From positions 4,586-68,585 of the forward strand of contig JBDRVN010000001.1 in NCBI GenBank assembly GCA_039801885.1: 64,000 nucleotides of DNA, written 5' to 3'. The notes below the pieces were generated by a model, which saw only the letters and a program-made list of their open reading frames with translations, was not told the origin of the DNA and did no database searches. Each line of letters opens with the position of its first letter. Positions within the stretch are counted from its first letter, which is position 1. Shown here in pieces: positions 29,255 through 38,491 of the stretch. The position numbers were made by a program, and so were the translations under genes. This stretch comes from a candidate division WOR-3 bacterium. Its GTDB lineage: Bacteria; Hydrothermota; Tepidihabitantia; Tepidihabitantales; DTDR01.

Positions 29255-30125
29255 TTTAATTGAAAAATTTTTGGAATATTTAGAAAAAGAGCGAAACTAC
29301 TCCCAAGAAACAACCCGAGCGTATAAAAATGATTTATTACAGTTTAAAGAATATTTAATAGACCGAGAAAATATTGATAATCTCTTAAAAGTTAATTATG
29401 AAATGATTAGAAATTTTATTGGTTATCTTTTAAAATACGGTTACGATAAGAAAAGTACCTCTCGGAAATTATCGGCAGTTAAATCTTTCTATAAATTTTT
29501 AAGGAACAATAAAGTGCTTAAAAAAAATCCAGCAGCAGGAATTAAATCACCAAGATTGGAAAAAAGATTGCCAACTTTTCTAACGGAAGTTCAAGTAAAA
29601 GAAGTTTTAGATTTACAACCACCAACTGAAATAAGTTATCGAGATAAAGCAATCTTAGAACTTTTATATGCTTCGGGATTACGGGTTTCGGAATTAGTTA
29701 ATTTAAAAATAAGTGATGTTGATTTTGAAAATAAAGTATTAAAGGCAAAAGGTAAAGGTGGAAAAGAAAGGATAATTCCTTTTGGCAGTTATGCCTTAAA
29801 GGCAATAAAAAATTATTTACAAGAAAGAAAAGATAATTCGCCCTATCTTTTTGTATCAAAATTTAATAAAAAATTGAGTAACCGCCAGATTCAAAAGATT
29901 GTAAAGAAATATTTAAGTAAAATTCCTAATCCGCCGGCAACCAATCCCCATACTTTCCGACACAGTTTTGCAACTCATCTCCTTGACCGAGGTGCCGATT
30001 TAAGGGCTGTTCAAGAACTTTTAGGTCACAGTAGTTTAGAGACAACCCAAATTTATACCCATTTAACTATTGGCAAATTAAAAGAAATCTATAAAAAAAC
30101 CCATCCCCGAGCAAAATTAAATTGA
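29247..30125 (+). CDS. xerC: Site-specific tyrosine recombinase XerC/XerD family
   Basis: The catalytic R...HxxR...Y motifs are present (HTFRHSFATHLL, GHSSLETTQIYTH); 292 aa. The C versus D assignment is arbitrary. Confidence 0.75.
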   Translation: MDNLIEKFLEYLEKERNYSQETTRAYKNDLLQFKEYLIDRENIDNLLKVNYEMIRNFIGYLLKYGYDKKSTSRKLSAVKSFYKFLRNNKVLKKNPAAGIKSPRLEKRLPTFLTEVQVKEVLDLQPPTEISYRDKAILELLYASGLRVSELVNLKISDVDFENKVLKAKGKGGKERIIPFGSYALKAIKNYLQERKDNSPYLFVSKFNKKLSNRQIQKIVKKYLSKIPNPPATNPHTFRHSFATHLLDRGADLRAVQELLGHSSLETTQIYTHLTIGKLKEIYKKTHPRAKLN

Positions 30126-30155
30126 TTTTTATTATATTTATGATATAATTCTTTT

Positions 30156-31946
30156 ATGTTTAGCATATCAAAAATTAGAAAAAATATGCGGACAATTATG
30201 TTAATTGTTGCTATTGCTTTTGTTGGCGGATTTCTTATGTCCGAACTCTGGACAGTATTAAGGGAAGGTCGTTTAGGAGGAAATCCAATAAGAAAAGGAA
30301 TTTTAGGCTATGTTGGTAAGAAGCCAATAAAATTAAACGAATATCAAAATATTTTAAATTATTTAACTTACAAATATTTAAGAACTAACCGATTAAAAGA
30401 TATTTCGGAAGAAGAAAGAATAAGATTACAAGAAGAAGCTTGGCGCTATTTGGTTGATAATAAAATCTGGCAAGAAATATTTAAAAAGAATGATATTAAT
30501 GTAACTAATGAAGAACTTTTTGAAATAATGAAAGCCAACCCACCGGAAGAGTTGAAAAATTCACCTGAATTAAAAGATAGTTTAGGAAATTTTGATTATC
30601 AAAAATATTACCAAATTTTAACTAATCCCGAAAATCAAGCCTACTTTGCGGTCTATGCCCAGGAATTGTTAGAATTTCTACCAAAAGAAAAATTTCGTTT
30701 AGATTTACAAGCGGCTGTCCAAATTTCTAACAAAGAGGCAGAGTTTTTTACCGAATTACAAAGGACAAGAATTGTTGCTACCCATATTTTCGTTCCCCTT
30801 TTGACACCTGATGATACTATGCCAATTTCCGAAAAAGAATTGAAAACTTATTATGAAAAAAATAAAAAGAAGGATTTTAAAATTCCTAAAACTGCTAACC
30901 TTAAATATATTGAAATTCCAATTACCTTAACAGGCAATGATAGTAATGAAGCAAAATCAATTATTGATGATGTTTATAACGAATTAAAGAAAGGTGAAGA
31001 TTTTGGAATTTTAATGCTTGATTTCTCAGAATTCTTAGAAGATACTGGTGGTATTTGGTATGAATTTAAAAATTTGGATAGTTCAACCCAAAAGATTTTA
31101 AAAATTTTACAACCAAATGGATTTTCTGAACCATTTTTAAAAAGCGATACTTGGAAAATTATTCAATTAAGAGAAAAGAGAGGCGACAGTTTAAAACTAC
31201 GTTCAATTAGTGTCAGAATAAAAATCTCTACCGCTACTATTGAAGCGATTTTGGATACTCTTGAAAAATTTCAGGAGGCGGCAAAAGAAGAGAATTTTGA
31301 TAGTGTTGCCTTTAGATATTTTAATCAATATCCGAGACCAATTACTATTACTGAAGGTCGCCAACCATTTTGGTTAAGATTAGCCAGCCCTAACCAAATA
31401 GAAGAATTTGCTTTTAATTCTAAAATTGGCTCTATTTCACCACCTCTCTTAACAAGTACTTCTTATATTATCGCCTATTTAGAAAAAGTAAACAAGGGAG
31501 GTTATCAACCTTTTGAAAGAATAAAAACATCTTTAACTTACCAGATAAGAAGGGAAAAGGTAAAAGAAAATAAAAGAAAAATTGCTGAAGAGATAAGAAC
31601 AATGTTATTAAGAAATGAGAATATTGATGTTATCCAAAATAAATATCCTTTTTGCCAAATTGGTCATAAAGAAGATTTTATGAGCTTTGATTTTTGTTCA
31701 AGAAATCGGGGACCAGAATTTGCCGGAGCCCTTTATTCTTTAAATTCCGGTGAGGTCTCACCAGTAATTGAATTAGATTGGGGATTTTTTGTTATGAAAT
31801 GTGAGGAAAGAAATCTCTTAGGAGAAATTCCAATTGATAATTATCGGAATCAAAAAGTAAATCAGTTTATCCAAAGTTTCTGGGAAGAACTTACCAAAGA
31901 AGAGAAAATAAAAGATTTTCGCCATCTTTTACATACCAAGGAATAA
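30156..31946 (+). CDS. Periplasmic chaperone/peptidyl-prolyl isomerase PpiD/SurA-like (N-terminal membrane anchor, parvulin-like domain)
   Basis: An N-terminal TM (MRTIMLIVAIAFVGGF), a SurA_N-like region, and a parvulin-like segment; 596 aa. Confidence 0.5.
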   Translation: MFSISKIRKNMRTIMLIVAIAFVGGFLMSELWTVLREGRLGGNPIRKGILGYVGKKPIKLNEYQNILNYLTYKYLRTNRLKDISEEERIRLQEEAWRYLVDNKIWQEIFKKNDINVTNEELFEIMKANPPEELKNSPELKDSLGNFDYQKYYQILTNPENQAYFAVYAQELLEFLPKEKFRLDLQAAVQISNKEAEFFTELQRTRIVATHIFVPLLTPDDTMPISEKELKTYYEKNKKKDFKIPKTANLKYIEIPITLTGNDSNEAKSIIDDVYNELKKGEDFGILMLDFSEFLEDTGGIWYEFKNLDSSTQKILKILQPNGFSEPFLKSDTWKIIQLREKRGDSLKLRSISVRIKISTATIEAILDTLEKFQEAAKEENFDSVAFRYFNQYPRPITITEGRQPFWLRLASPNQIEEFAFNSKIGSISPPLLTSTSYIIAYLEKVNKGGYQPFERIKTSLTYQIRREKVKENKRKIAEEIRTMLLRNENIDVIQNKYPFCQIGHKEDFMSFDFCSRNRGPEFAGALYSLNSGEVSPVIELDWGFFVMKCEERNLLGEIPIDNYRNQKVNQFIQSFWEELTKEEKIKDFRHLLHTKE

Positions 31947-31951
31947 AATTT

Positions 31952-32024
31952 GCCGATGTAGCTCAGAGGCAGAGCAACGGTTTCGTAAACCGTAGGTCGG
32001 CGGTTCGAATCCGCCCATCGGCTT
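31952..32024 (+). tRNA. tRNA-Thr (anticodon CGT)
   Basis: A cloverleaf GCCGATGTAGCTCAGAGG...TTCGTAA anticodon loop...GGTTCGAATCC T-arm, with acceptor GCCGATG/CATCGGC. Confidence 0.85.
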
Positions 32025-32028
32025 ATTG

Positions 32029-32057
32029 TTGACTTTTTCTAATTTTTTATTTATATT
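32029..32057 (+). promoter_or_regulatory. Sigma-70-like promoter TTGACT-17-TATATT upstream of 32088 gene
   Basis: Read directly from the sequence; it is followed by AAAGGAGG RBS and the ATG at 32088. Confidence 0.35.
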
Positions 32058-32087
32058 TTTTGTTAATTATAAAAAGGAGGTTAAAAT

Positions 32088-33257
32088 ATGGTCTATTTAG
32101 TAATTTTATTACAAATAATTAACTTTAATCCTAACTTAGATTTAACAATTGCCCGTCACGATACCGGTAATATAATCTTGCAAGTTACTGACCGAGCTCA
32201 TATCGGTGGCGAAACTACTGGAACAGCAAACATTCCTTATGGTTTAAGATATCCAAGAACTGGAACCGACCATTTATTCTTTGGTGGATTTGGAATTACT
32301 AATTCCCGAACCTATGTTGCTGATGGACATTATGCCCCTAACTATAGTATTGATCGAGATTTTAGAATTCGGGATATAATTCATCGGGTTTCAAGATATG
32401 GTCTTCAAGAATATGAAGCCAGTTATATTGATTCCGGACATCCAACTCCTAAAAATATAAAGGTAACCCAATATACCCTTGCCTCTCCTGATCCTAATTA
32501 CGACGATGGTGTAATAATGATTTTCACAATAAAAAATGAAGGAGATACCCAAATTGATAGTCTTTATGCGGGAATCATTTTGGATTTAGATATGGCAGGC
32601 GGTACCTCTGATTTAGCCTATACTGATACTATAAGAAGATGTGTATATCAAAGACGTTCCGCAGCAGAAAATCCGACCGTAGGAATAAAAATTCTTTCAC
32701 CAGCAACTTGGGCAAACCTTGCGTGCCTTTATAATCCCACTTATGTCCATCCTTATTATGGATTACCCGATACTTTTAAATATAAATTTCTAACAGGTAT
32801 TATAAGACAATATTCCGGTGTAACATCAAGTGATTGGTCAAGTGTTGCTTCAGTTGGTCCTTTCAGTTTAGAACCACAGCAAGAATATGTTTGTGCCTTT
32901 GCTATTTTGGGTGGAGCTTCAATAAACGATTTCCTAGCGAATGCTGATAGTATTCAAGCCTTCTATGACCGACTTGTTGGTATAAGTGAAAATAAAAATG
33001 AGAAGAAAGTAGTTCTTTTGACAAATCCAATAATTTTAAGTTACCAATCTAAACTTCAATTAAAAGTAAATGCTGATGAAGAATTGAAAATAAATCTCTA
33101 TGACCTTTGTGGAAAATTTGTTGACTGCCTTGGGAAAATAAATGGGAAAAAAGTTCACACCTTAATTTTGAATAAAGATTATTCCAAAGGAATTTACTTT
33201 TTAAGGGTAGAAGGAAAAGAAAATTACCTAACTAAAAAATTGATTTATTTAAAATAG
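32088..33257 (+). CDS. Secreted protein of unknown function with a T9SS C-terminal domain (paralog of 26454-27809)
   Basis: Strong RBS and a C-terminus KGIYFLRVEGKENYLTKKLIYLK. Confidence 0.55.
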   Translation: MVYLVILLQIINFNPNLDLTIARHDTGNIILQVTDRAHIGGETTGTANIPYGLRYPRTGTDHLFFGGFGITNSRTYVADGHYAPNYSIDRDFRIRDIIHRVSRYGLQEYEASYIDSGHPTPKNIKVTQYTLASPDPNYDDGVIMIFTIKNEGDTQIDSLYAGIILDLDMAGGTSDLAYTDTIRRCVYQRRSAAENPTVGIKILSPATWANLACLYNPTYVHPYYGLPDTFKYKFLTGIIRQYSGVTSSDWSSVASVGPFSLEPQQEYVCAFAILGGASINDFLANADSIQAFYDRLVGISENKNEKKVVLLTNPIILSYQSKLQLKVNADEELKINLYDLCGKFVDCLGKINGKKVHTLILNKDYSKGIYFLRVEGKENYLTKKLIYLK

Positions 33258-33261
33258 CTTA

Positions 33262-33993
33262 TTAACTTCTTGGACCGAAGATCAAAGTTCCAATTCTAAT
33301 GAGATTAGCGCCTTCTTCTATGGCAATTTCAAAATCACTACTCATTCCCATTGAAAGATAAGGTAAAGATATTTTAAATTTATCTTTAACTTTTTCTTTT
33401 AATTCATAAAGAAGACGAAAGGATTTACGTGAATTTTCTTTATCTTCAATCGCACTAACTGGACCTAAAGTCATTAATCCTTTTAATTTTAAGTGGGGTT
33501 GATTTAAAACATATTCTACTAAACTATCCAAATCTTCCGGTAATATGCCAAATTTTGTATCTTCAAAAGATGTATTTACCTGAATGAAAGCAGAAATAAC
33601 TTTATTTTCTTTTTCACATACTTTTTCTAATTCCTCAGCCAGTTCAATTCTATCTAAAGATTGAATACAAGAAAAATATTTTATTGCTTTTTTAACCTTA
33701 TTAGTTTGTAAATGACCAACAAAATGCCATTCGACATTCTTAAATTCATTATTAATTACCGGAATTTTTTTTATTGCCTCTTGAACTCGGTTTTCTCCTA
33801 TTTTATCTAAACCACAATTTATCGCATCTTTTATTCTTTCTATATCAATTCCTTTACTAATTGCCACAATTTCTATCTCCTCTTTTTTTCTACCAACTTT
33901 ATTACAAACCTCTTCAATTCTCTTCAATAGATTTTCAATATTTTTCTTTATATCAATCATAATATAATATAAATAAATCCTCTCTATTTTCAA
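33262..33993 (-). CDS. yggS: PLP homeostasis protein, YggS/PROSC family
   Basis: 243 aa with an HFVGHLQTNKVK motif and an alanine-racemase N-terminal-like TIM barrel. Confidence 0.75.
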   Translation of the reverse strand: MKIERIYLYYIMIDIKKNIENLLKRIEEVCNKVGRKKEEIEIVAISKGIDIERIKDAINCGLDKIGENRVQEAIKKIPVINNEFKNVEWHFVGHLQTNKVKKAIKYFSCIQSLDRIELAEELEKVCEKENKVISAFIQVNTSFEDTKFGILPEDLDSLVEYVLNQPHLKLKGLMTLGPVSAIEDKENSRKSFRLLYELKEKVKDKFKISLPYLSMGMSSDFEIAIEEGANLIRIGTLIFGPRS

Positions 33994-34145
33994 GATGATA
34001 GGGGTAGGGGGTATATATATGTAAGTTATTGATAATTAAAGACTTATTATGGTATAGGGTTATCCCTATGACAATATGGGATACATTATAAATTAAGAGC
34101 TGGTAAAAATCTAAAAAATAAATTTTCAATAAAATATTTTGTTAA

Positions 34146-34174
34146 TTGACTTTTTTATTTTATTTTATTATAAT
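34146..34174 (+). promoter_or_regulatory. Sigma-70 consensus promoter TTGACT-17-TATAAT upstream of phoH operon
   Basis: Read directly from the sequence; the -10 element is an exact TATAAT, about 50 nt upstream of the ATG at 34225. Confidence 0.4.
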
Positions 34175-34224
34175 TATTTAGATAATAAATTTAATGATCA
34201 AATTATCCCTTAATATTTTTTTGT

Positions 34225-35211
34225 ATGGAAAAAAGAGAAGAGTATTTAATTAAAATTTCTGTTCCTTTTAAAGGAATTGACCCAATAAAAATTCTTGGTT
34301 TCCAAGATGAATATCTTAATTATATCTCCCGATTTTTTGGTTCCCAAATTATTGCCCGCAAAGACCGGATAAGAATATTAGGACCAAAAGAAGAAGTTTA
34401 TAAAATTCGTGAACTCTTTTTAAATCTTATGAGACATATTAAAAAAAATAATTTTTTAACAAAGGAATTAATTAATGAAGAAATTAAATTGGTAAAAGGT
34501 GAAGAGTTTCTTAAAGAAGAGAAAAAGGAAAAGCCAAAAGAAAAAATGAAGACTGAATATGCTATTGCCACTTCAAAAAAAATCATCTTTCCCCAGACAA
34601 AACATCAAGAAGAATATCTAAAAGCCATTGATGAATCTGAAATAGTAATTTGTATTGGTCCGGCCGGAACAGGAAAAACTTATTTAGCTGTCGCTAAAGC
34701 AGTATCTTATCTTTTAAACGGCAAAGTGGCAAGAATAATTTTAACGAGGCCCGCCGTAGAAGCCGGTGAACAACTGGGATATTTGCCTGGTGATTTAAAA
34801 GAGAAAGTTGCACCTTATTTAAGACCCCTTTATGATGCCCTTTATGATATGATGCCGATAGAAAAAGTAAAAAGAATGATCGAGGAAGAGATAATTGAAA
34901 TTGCTCCTTTAGCATATATGCGTGGAAGAACCTTATCCGATGCTTTTATTATTTTAGATGAAGGTCAAAATACCACAAAGACCCAAATGAAAATGTTTCT
35001 CACTCGTTTAGGTTGGAATTCCAAGGCGGTAGTAACCGGTGATATTACTCAGATTGATTTAAGTTCTAAACATTCTTCCGGTCTTATTGATTGTGAAAAA
35101 AGATTAAAAAATATTAATGGTGTCAGAATTATTTATTTTGACAAAGGAGATGTTACCCGACCAGCAATCGTTTCGGAAATCATCAAAGCCTACGAGGAAG
35201 AAGAAAGTTAA
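34225..35211 (+). CDS. phoH: PhoH-like ATPase (YbeZ)
   Basis: A KH-like N-terminus and Walker A motif GPAGTGKTYLAV. It sits in the conserved phoH-ybeY-corC context; 328 aa. Confidence 0.85.
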   Translation: MEKREEYLIKISVPFKGIDPIKILGFQDEYLNYISRFFGSQIIARKDRIRILGPKEEVYKIRELFLNLMRHIKKNNFLTKELINEEIKLVKGEEFLKEEKKEKPKEKMKTEYAIATSKKIIFPQTKHQEEYLKAIDESEIVICIGPAGTGKTYLAVAKAVSYLLNGKVARIILTRPAVEAGEQLGYLPGDLKEKVAPYLRPLYDALYDMMPIEKVKRMIEEEIIEIAPLAYMRGRTLSDAFIILDEGQNTTKTQMKMFLTRLGWNSKAVVTGDITQIDLSSKHSSGLIDCEKRLKNINGVRIIYFDKGDVTRPAIVSEIIKAYEEEES

Positions 35212-35578
35212 GATAAATATCTTTGGTGTTAAAAATTTAAAATTAAAAAGAGAGGTAGAAGTAATCGTTAATAAGGTTTTAAAAGATGAAGAGATAAAGA
35301 CTTCCGAATTGAATATCATCGTTTGTGATGACCAATTTATCAAAAAGTTAAATAAAAAATTTCTAAAAAGAGATTATCCAACAGATGTTTTATCTTTCAA
35401 TTTTGATAAAAATTTTCTTGGAGAAATATATGTTTCCAAAAATCAAACATTAAAACAGGCAAAAAAGGATAAGGTAAAATACGGGTATCGTTTAAAATAT
35501 TTAATCCTTCACGGACTCTTTCATCTTTTATCTTATTCCCATTCGGAAATAGAAAAATTGATAGCAAAATATTTATAG
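35117..35578 (+). CDS. ybeY: rRNA maturation endoribonuclease YbeY
   Basis: HGLFHLLSYSH is the YbeY HxxxHxxxxxH zinc motif. The true start is probably near 35200, because the ORF 5' end overlaps phoH. Confidence 0.75.
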   Translation: MVSELFILTKEMLPDQQSFRKSSKPTRKKKVKINIFGVKNLKLKREVEVIVNKVLKDEEIKTSELNIIVCDDQFIKKLNKKFLKRDYPTDVLSFNFDKNFLGEIYVSKNQTLKQAKKDKVKYGYRLKYLILHGLFHLLSYSHSEIEKLIAKYL

Positions 35579-36802
35579 ATGGGGTATTTAATTATAATTC
35601 TTTTAATCCTATTGTTATTTTCGTCTTTATTTTCTGCCTCGGAAACTGCTTATTTTTCTCTTTCTCAAGAAGATTTAAAAAAATTAAATCTTGAAGAACT
35701 AAGAAAAAATGAACATTCCTTTCTTTTAACAATTTTATTAGCCAACCTATTAGTAAATATTTCTTTCGCTTCCTTAGCAACCCTTTTTAGCCTCAATCTT
35801 TTTTTCAATAACTTTGACCACTCTTTACTTTTAACCTTAACTTCTATAATATCAACCTTTATCATTCTTTTTTTGGGTGAAATTTTACCCAAAATTTATG
35901 CTACCAATTTTCCTTTAAAATTCGGCAATTTTCCTCTTTCCTATTTTAAAAAAATTTCTTCTTTTTTTAACCCCTTTTCTCAATATTTTCAAAAAATATT
36001 TATCTTCCGTTTTCTTCCCAAAAGCGAACCCTTTCCTAATAAAGAGGAATTAAAGACTTTAATCAATTTTGGCATTGAAAATAAAGAACTTACTAAAGAA
36101 GAAGGCGAAATTCTTCATAATCTAATCGAATTAGAAGAAAGGAGAGTAAACGAAATTATGACACCACGAAATAAGATATTTGCTCTTAACAAAGAATTGT
36201 CCATAAAAGAAGCGATAGAAAAAATTAAAGAAAATCCCAAATCAAGAATTCCTATTTATGAAAATAATATTGATAATATAATTGGTGTTGTGTATTTAAA
36301 AGATATCTTAGAGTTATTCCTTTCTGATAATTTTAATCCACCAAAAGATTTAAAGTTAGAAAATATCAAAAAACCAATAAGTTTCGTTTCAGAAATCCAA
36401 AGATTACCGGTAATTTTTGAAGAATTAAGAAAAAAAGGCTCTCATATTGCCTTAGTTATCGATGAATTTGGTCAAATTTCTGGGTTAGTAACTTTAGAAG
36501 ATTTTTTGGAAGCAATCTTTGGAGAAATAACCGATGAATATGATTTTAGAGAAGAGTTGCCTTATATAAAAATAAGTGAAAATAGTTATTTACTTAGCGG
36601 CGAAATCGATTTAGCCACTATTAACCGATTAACTAACGATGCATTAAAAGAGATTGATTTTCCTCGACTTTCTCTCTATCTTATTGAAAAATTAGGAAGA
36701 CTGCCAGAGGTAGGAGATGTAATAAGAGAGAAAAACCTGTTATTTGAAATAAAAGAAGTTAAAAAAAGAAAAATCGAAAAAGTTTTATTAAGAATTTTGT
36801 AA
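35579..36802 (+). CDS. CNNM/DUF21-CBS-CorC_HlyC family transporter-associated protein (hemolysin-related)
   Basis: An N-terminal 4-TM DUF21 domain, a tandem CBS pair, and a C-terminal CorC/HlyC transporter-associated domain; 407 aa. Confidence 0.75.
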   Translation: MGYLIIILLILLLFSSLFSASETAYFSLSQEDLKKLNLEELRKNEHSFLLTILLANLLVNISFASLATLFSLNLFFNNFDHSLLLTLTSIISTFIILFLGEILPKIYATNFPLKFGNFPLSYFKKISSFFNPFSQYFQKIFIFRFLPKSEPFPNKEELKTLINFGIENKELTKEEGEILHNLIELEERRVNEIMTPRNKIFALNKELSIKEAIEKIKENPKSRIPIYENNIDNIIGVVYLKDILELFLSDNFNPPKDLKLENIKKPISFVSEIQRLPVIFEELRKKGSHIALVIDEFGQISGLVTLEDFLEAIFGEITDEYDFREELPYIKISENSYLLSGEIDLATINRLTNDALKEIDFPRLSLYLIEKLGRLPEVGDVIREKNLLFEIKEVKKRKIEKVLLRIL

Positions 36803-37722
36803 TGGAATTTTTATTAGCAACAATTTTTATATTATTTCAAGGAATTTTGAGTGGCACAGAAACAGCAGTGATTCGGGCTAATTGGTTAAGATTAAAATTA
36901 AAAGCAAAAGAAAAGGGAATAAGCGAAAAGAAAATAAAGTTCTTAGAAAATAAAGAAGAAAATTTAATTATTACTTTAATTGGCACCAATCTTTTTGTCA
37001 TTTTTGCTGCCTCTTTTTATTCCAGTTTTTTTATTCAAAATTTGGGCAAAAATTTTGTTTTTCTTGCTATTATTTTTTCAACAACCCTTTCTTTTTTTAT
37101 TGGCGAACTCTTACCTAAAATTTTAGCCAGCAATCATCCGGAAATTTGGCTATTACTCTTTTCTTCTTTTTATCGCTTTTTTTATTATCTCTTCCAAATA
37201 ATTAGTCATCCTCTTTATTTTTCCTTAAAAGTTATCTTTTTATCAATAATAAAAAAAAGAAAGAGTCTTCCTCTTCTTAAAAGAGATTTATTAACCTATC
37301 TCCAGGAATTTAAAAAAAGTAAGGTTATTGCTCAGCAGGTATTAGAAGCCAAAAATATAAAAGTTAAAGAGATAATGATACCAATAGAATTAACTGTTGC
37401 CATTCCCGTTGATGCTGATATTTCTAAAATTTTAGAGGTAATAAGAAAATATCGTTATTCCCGATATCCAATATATCAAGATAGTAAAAATAATGTCATT
37501 AAAATAATAACTTTAAAAGATTTATTATTCTCTCCCCAAATAAAATATCGTTCTCCTTTATTTGTTCAGGAAACTCTCCGGATTACGGAAGTTTTCTCCG
37601 AAATGCGAAAAAAAAGAGAACATTTAGCAGTTGTTGTTGACAAAAATAACAAGACTATTGGAATAGTAACCTTAGAAGATATTATTGAAGAAATGGTGGG
37701 TGAGATAAGAAGAGAAGGTTAA
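36802..37722 (+). CDS. CNNM/DUF21-CBS domain protein (paralog)
   Basis: DUF21 membrane domain plus CBS pair (GIVTLEDIIEEMVGEI); 306 aa, lacking the CorC C-terminal domain. Confidence 0.7.
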   Translation: MEFLLATIFILFQGILSGTETAVIRANWLRLKLKAKEKGISEKKIKFLENKEENLIITLIGTNLFVIFAASFYSSFFIQNLGKNFVFLAIIFSTTLSFFIGELLPKILASNHPEIWLLLFSSFYRFFYYLFQIISHPLYFSLKVIFLSIIKKRKSLPLLKRDLLTYLQEFKKSKVIAQQVLEAKNIKVKEIMIPIELTVAIPVDADISKILEVIRKYRYSRYPIYQDSKNNVIKIITLKDLLFSPQIKYRSPLFVQETLRITEVFSEMRKKREHLAVVVDKNNKTIGIVTLEDIIEEMVGEIRREG

Positions 37723-38438
37723 TGGGTATCTTAAAAAAAACAAAAGGAATTATTCTTTTAAGAAAAAATTTTCGTTCCACAAGCAAAATTATTGATTTTT
37801 ATTCCCAAGAATATGGTCGTTTACTTCTATTAGCCAAAGGAGTAAGAGAAGGAAAAAATTATTTAAACGGTTCTTTAGAACCTTTAAATTATTGTGAAGT
37901 AGTTTTTTATAAAAAAGAAAACCAAACTTTTTATTTTATTAAAGATGCTGTTCTTTTACATAACTTCCCTCTGATTATTAAAGAATATCAAAAATATTCT
38001 CAAATTTTGGAATTAAATAAATTTCTCTCTTTAATCTTGCCATTAGAAGAAAAAAATGGAGAAATTTTTAAACTCTATTTTCTTACCCTTTTTTTTATTA
38101 ATTTCATTCCTTATAATAAAATTAAAAACATTATTTTATCTTTTTATTTAAAATTCATTACTCTCATCGGTTTCCAACCTTCTTTATTAGAATGTTTAAA
38201 ATGCGGAAAAAAGATTTTTAAAAAAGAAAATATATTTTTTAATACGGAAAAAGGCGGAATATTTTGTAGTGATTGTCAAAAAGAAAATAATAATTCTTTT
38301 TTGATTGATAGAAAGATTTTAGAAAATTTACAATACCTATCCTTTGCTTCTTACTCTCAATTATTAAATTACCAAATTTCTCCCGAAACCGAAAAAATGA
38401 TAAAATTTTATCTAAATTATCATTTATTTGTTCATTGA
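37722..38438 (+). CDS. recO: DNA repair protein RecO
   Basis: An N-terminal OB fold (GIILLRKNFRSTSKIIDFYSQEYGRLLLLAKG) and a C-terminal zinc-finger CxxC...CxxC (CLKCGKK...CSDC); 238 aa. Confidence 0.75.
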   Translation: MGILKKTKGIILLRKNFRSTSKIIDFYSQEYGRLLLLAKGVREGKNYLNGSLEPLNYCEVVFYKKENQTFYFIKDAVLLHNFPLIIKEYQKYSQILELNKFLSLILPLEEKNGEIFKLYFLTLFFINFIPYNKIKNIILSFYLKFITLIGFQPSLLECLKCGKKIFKKENIFFNTEKGGIFCSDCQKENNNSFLIDRKILENLQYLSFASYSQLLNYQISPETEKMIKFYLNYHLFVH

Positions 38439-38491
38439 CTTTAAAAAATTTTTCGTTATGATAATAAATCATTTTAAATAAGGAGGAAAGA

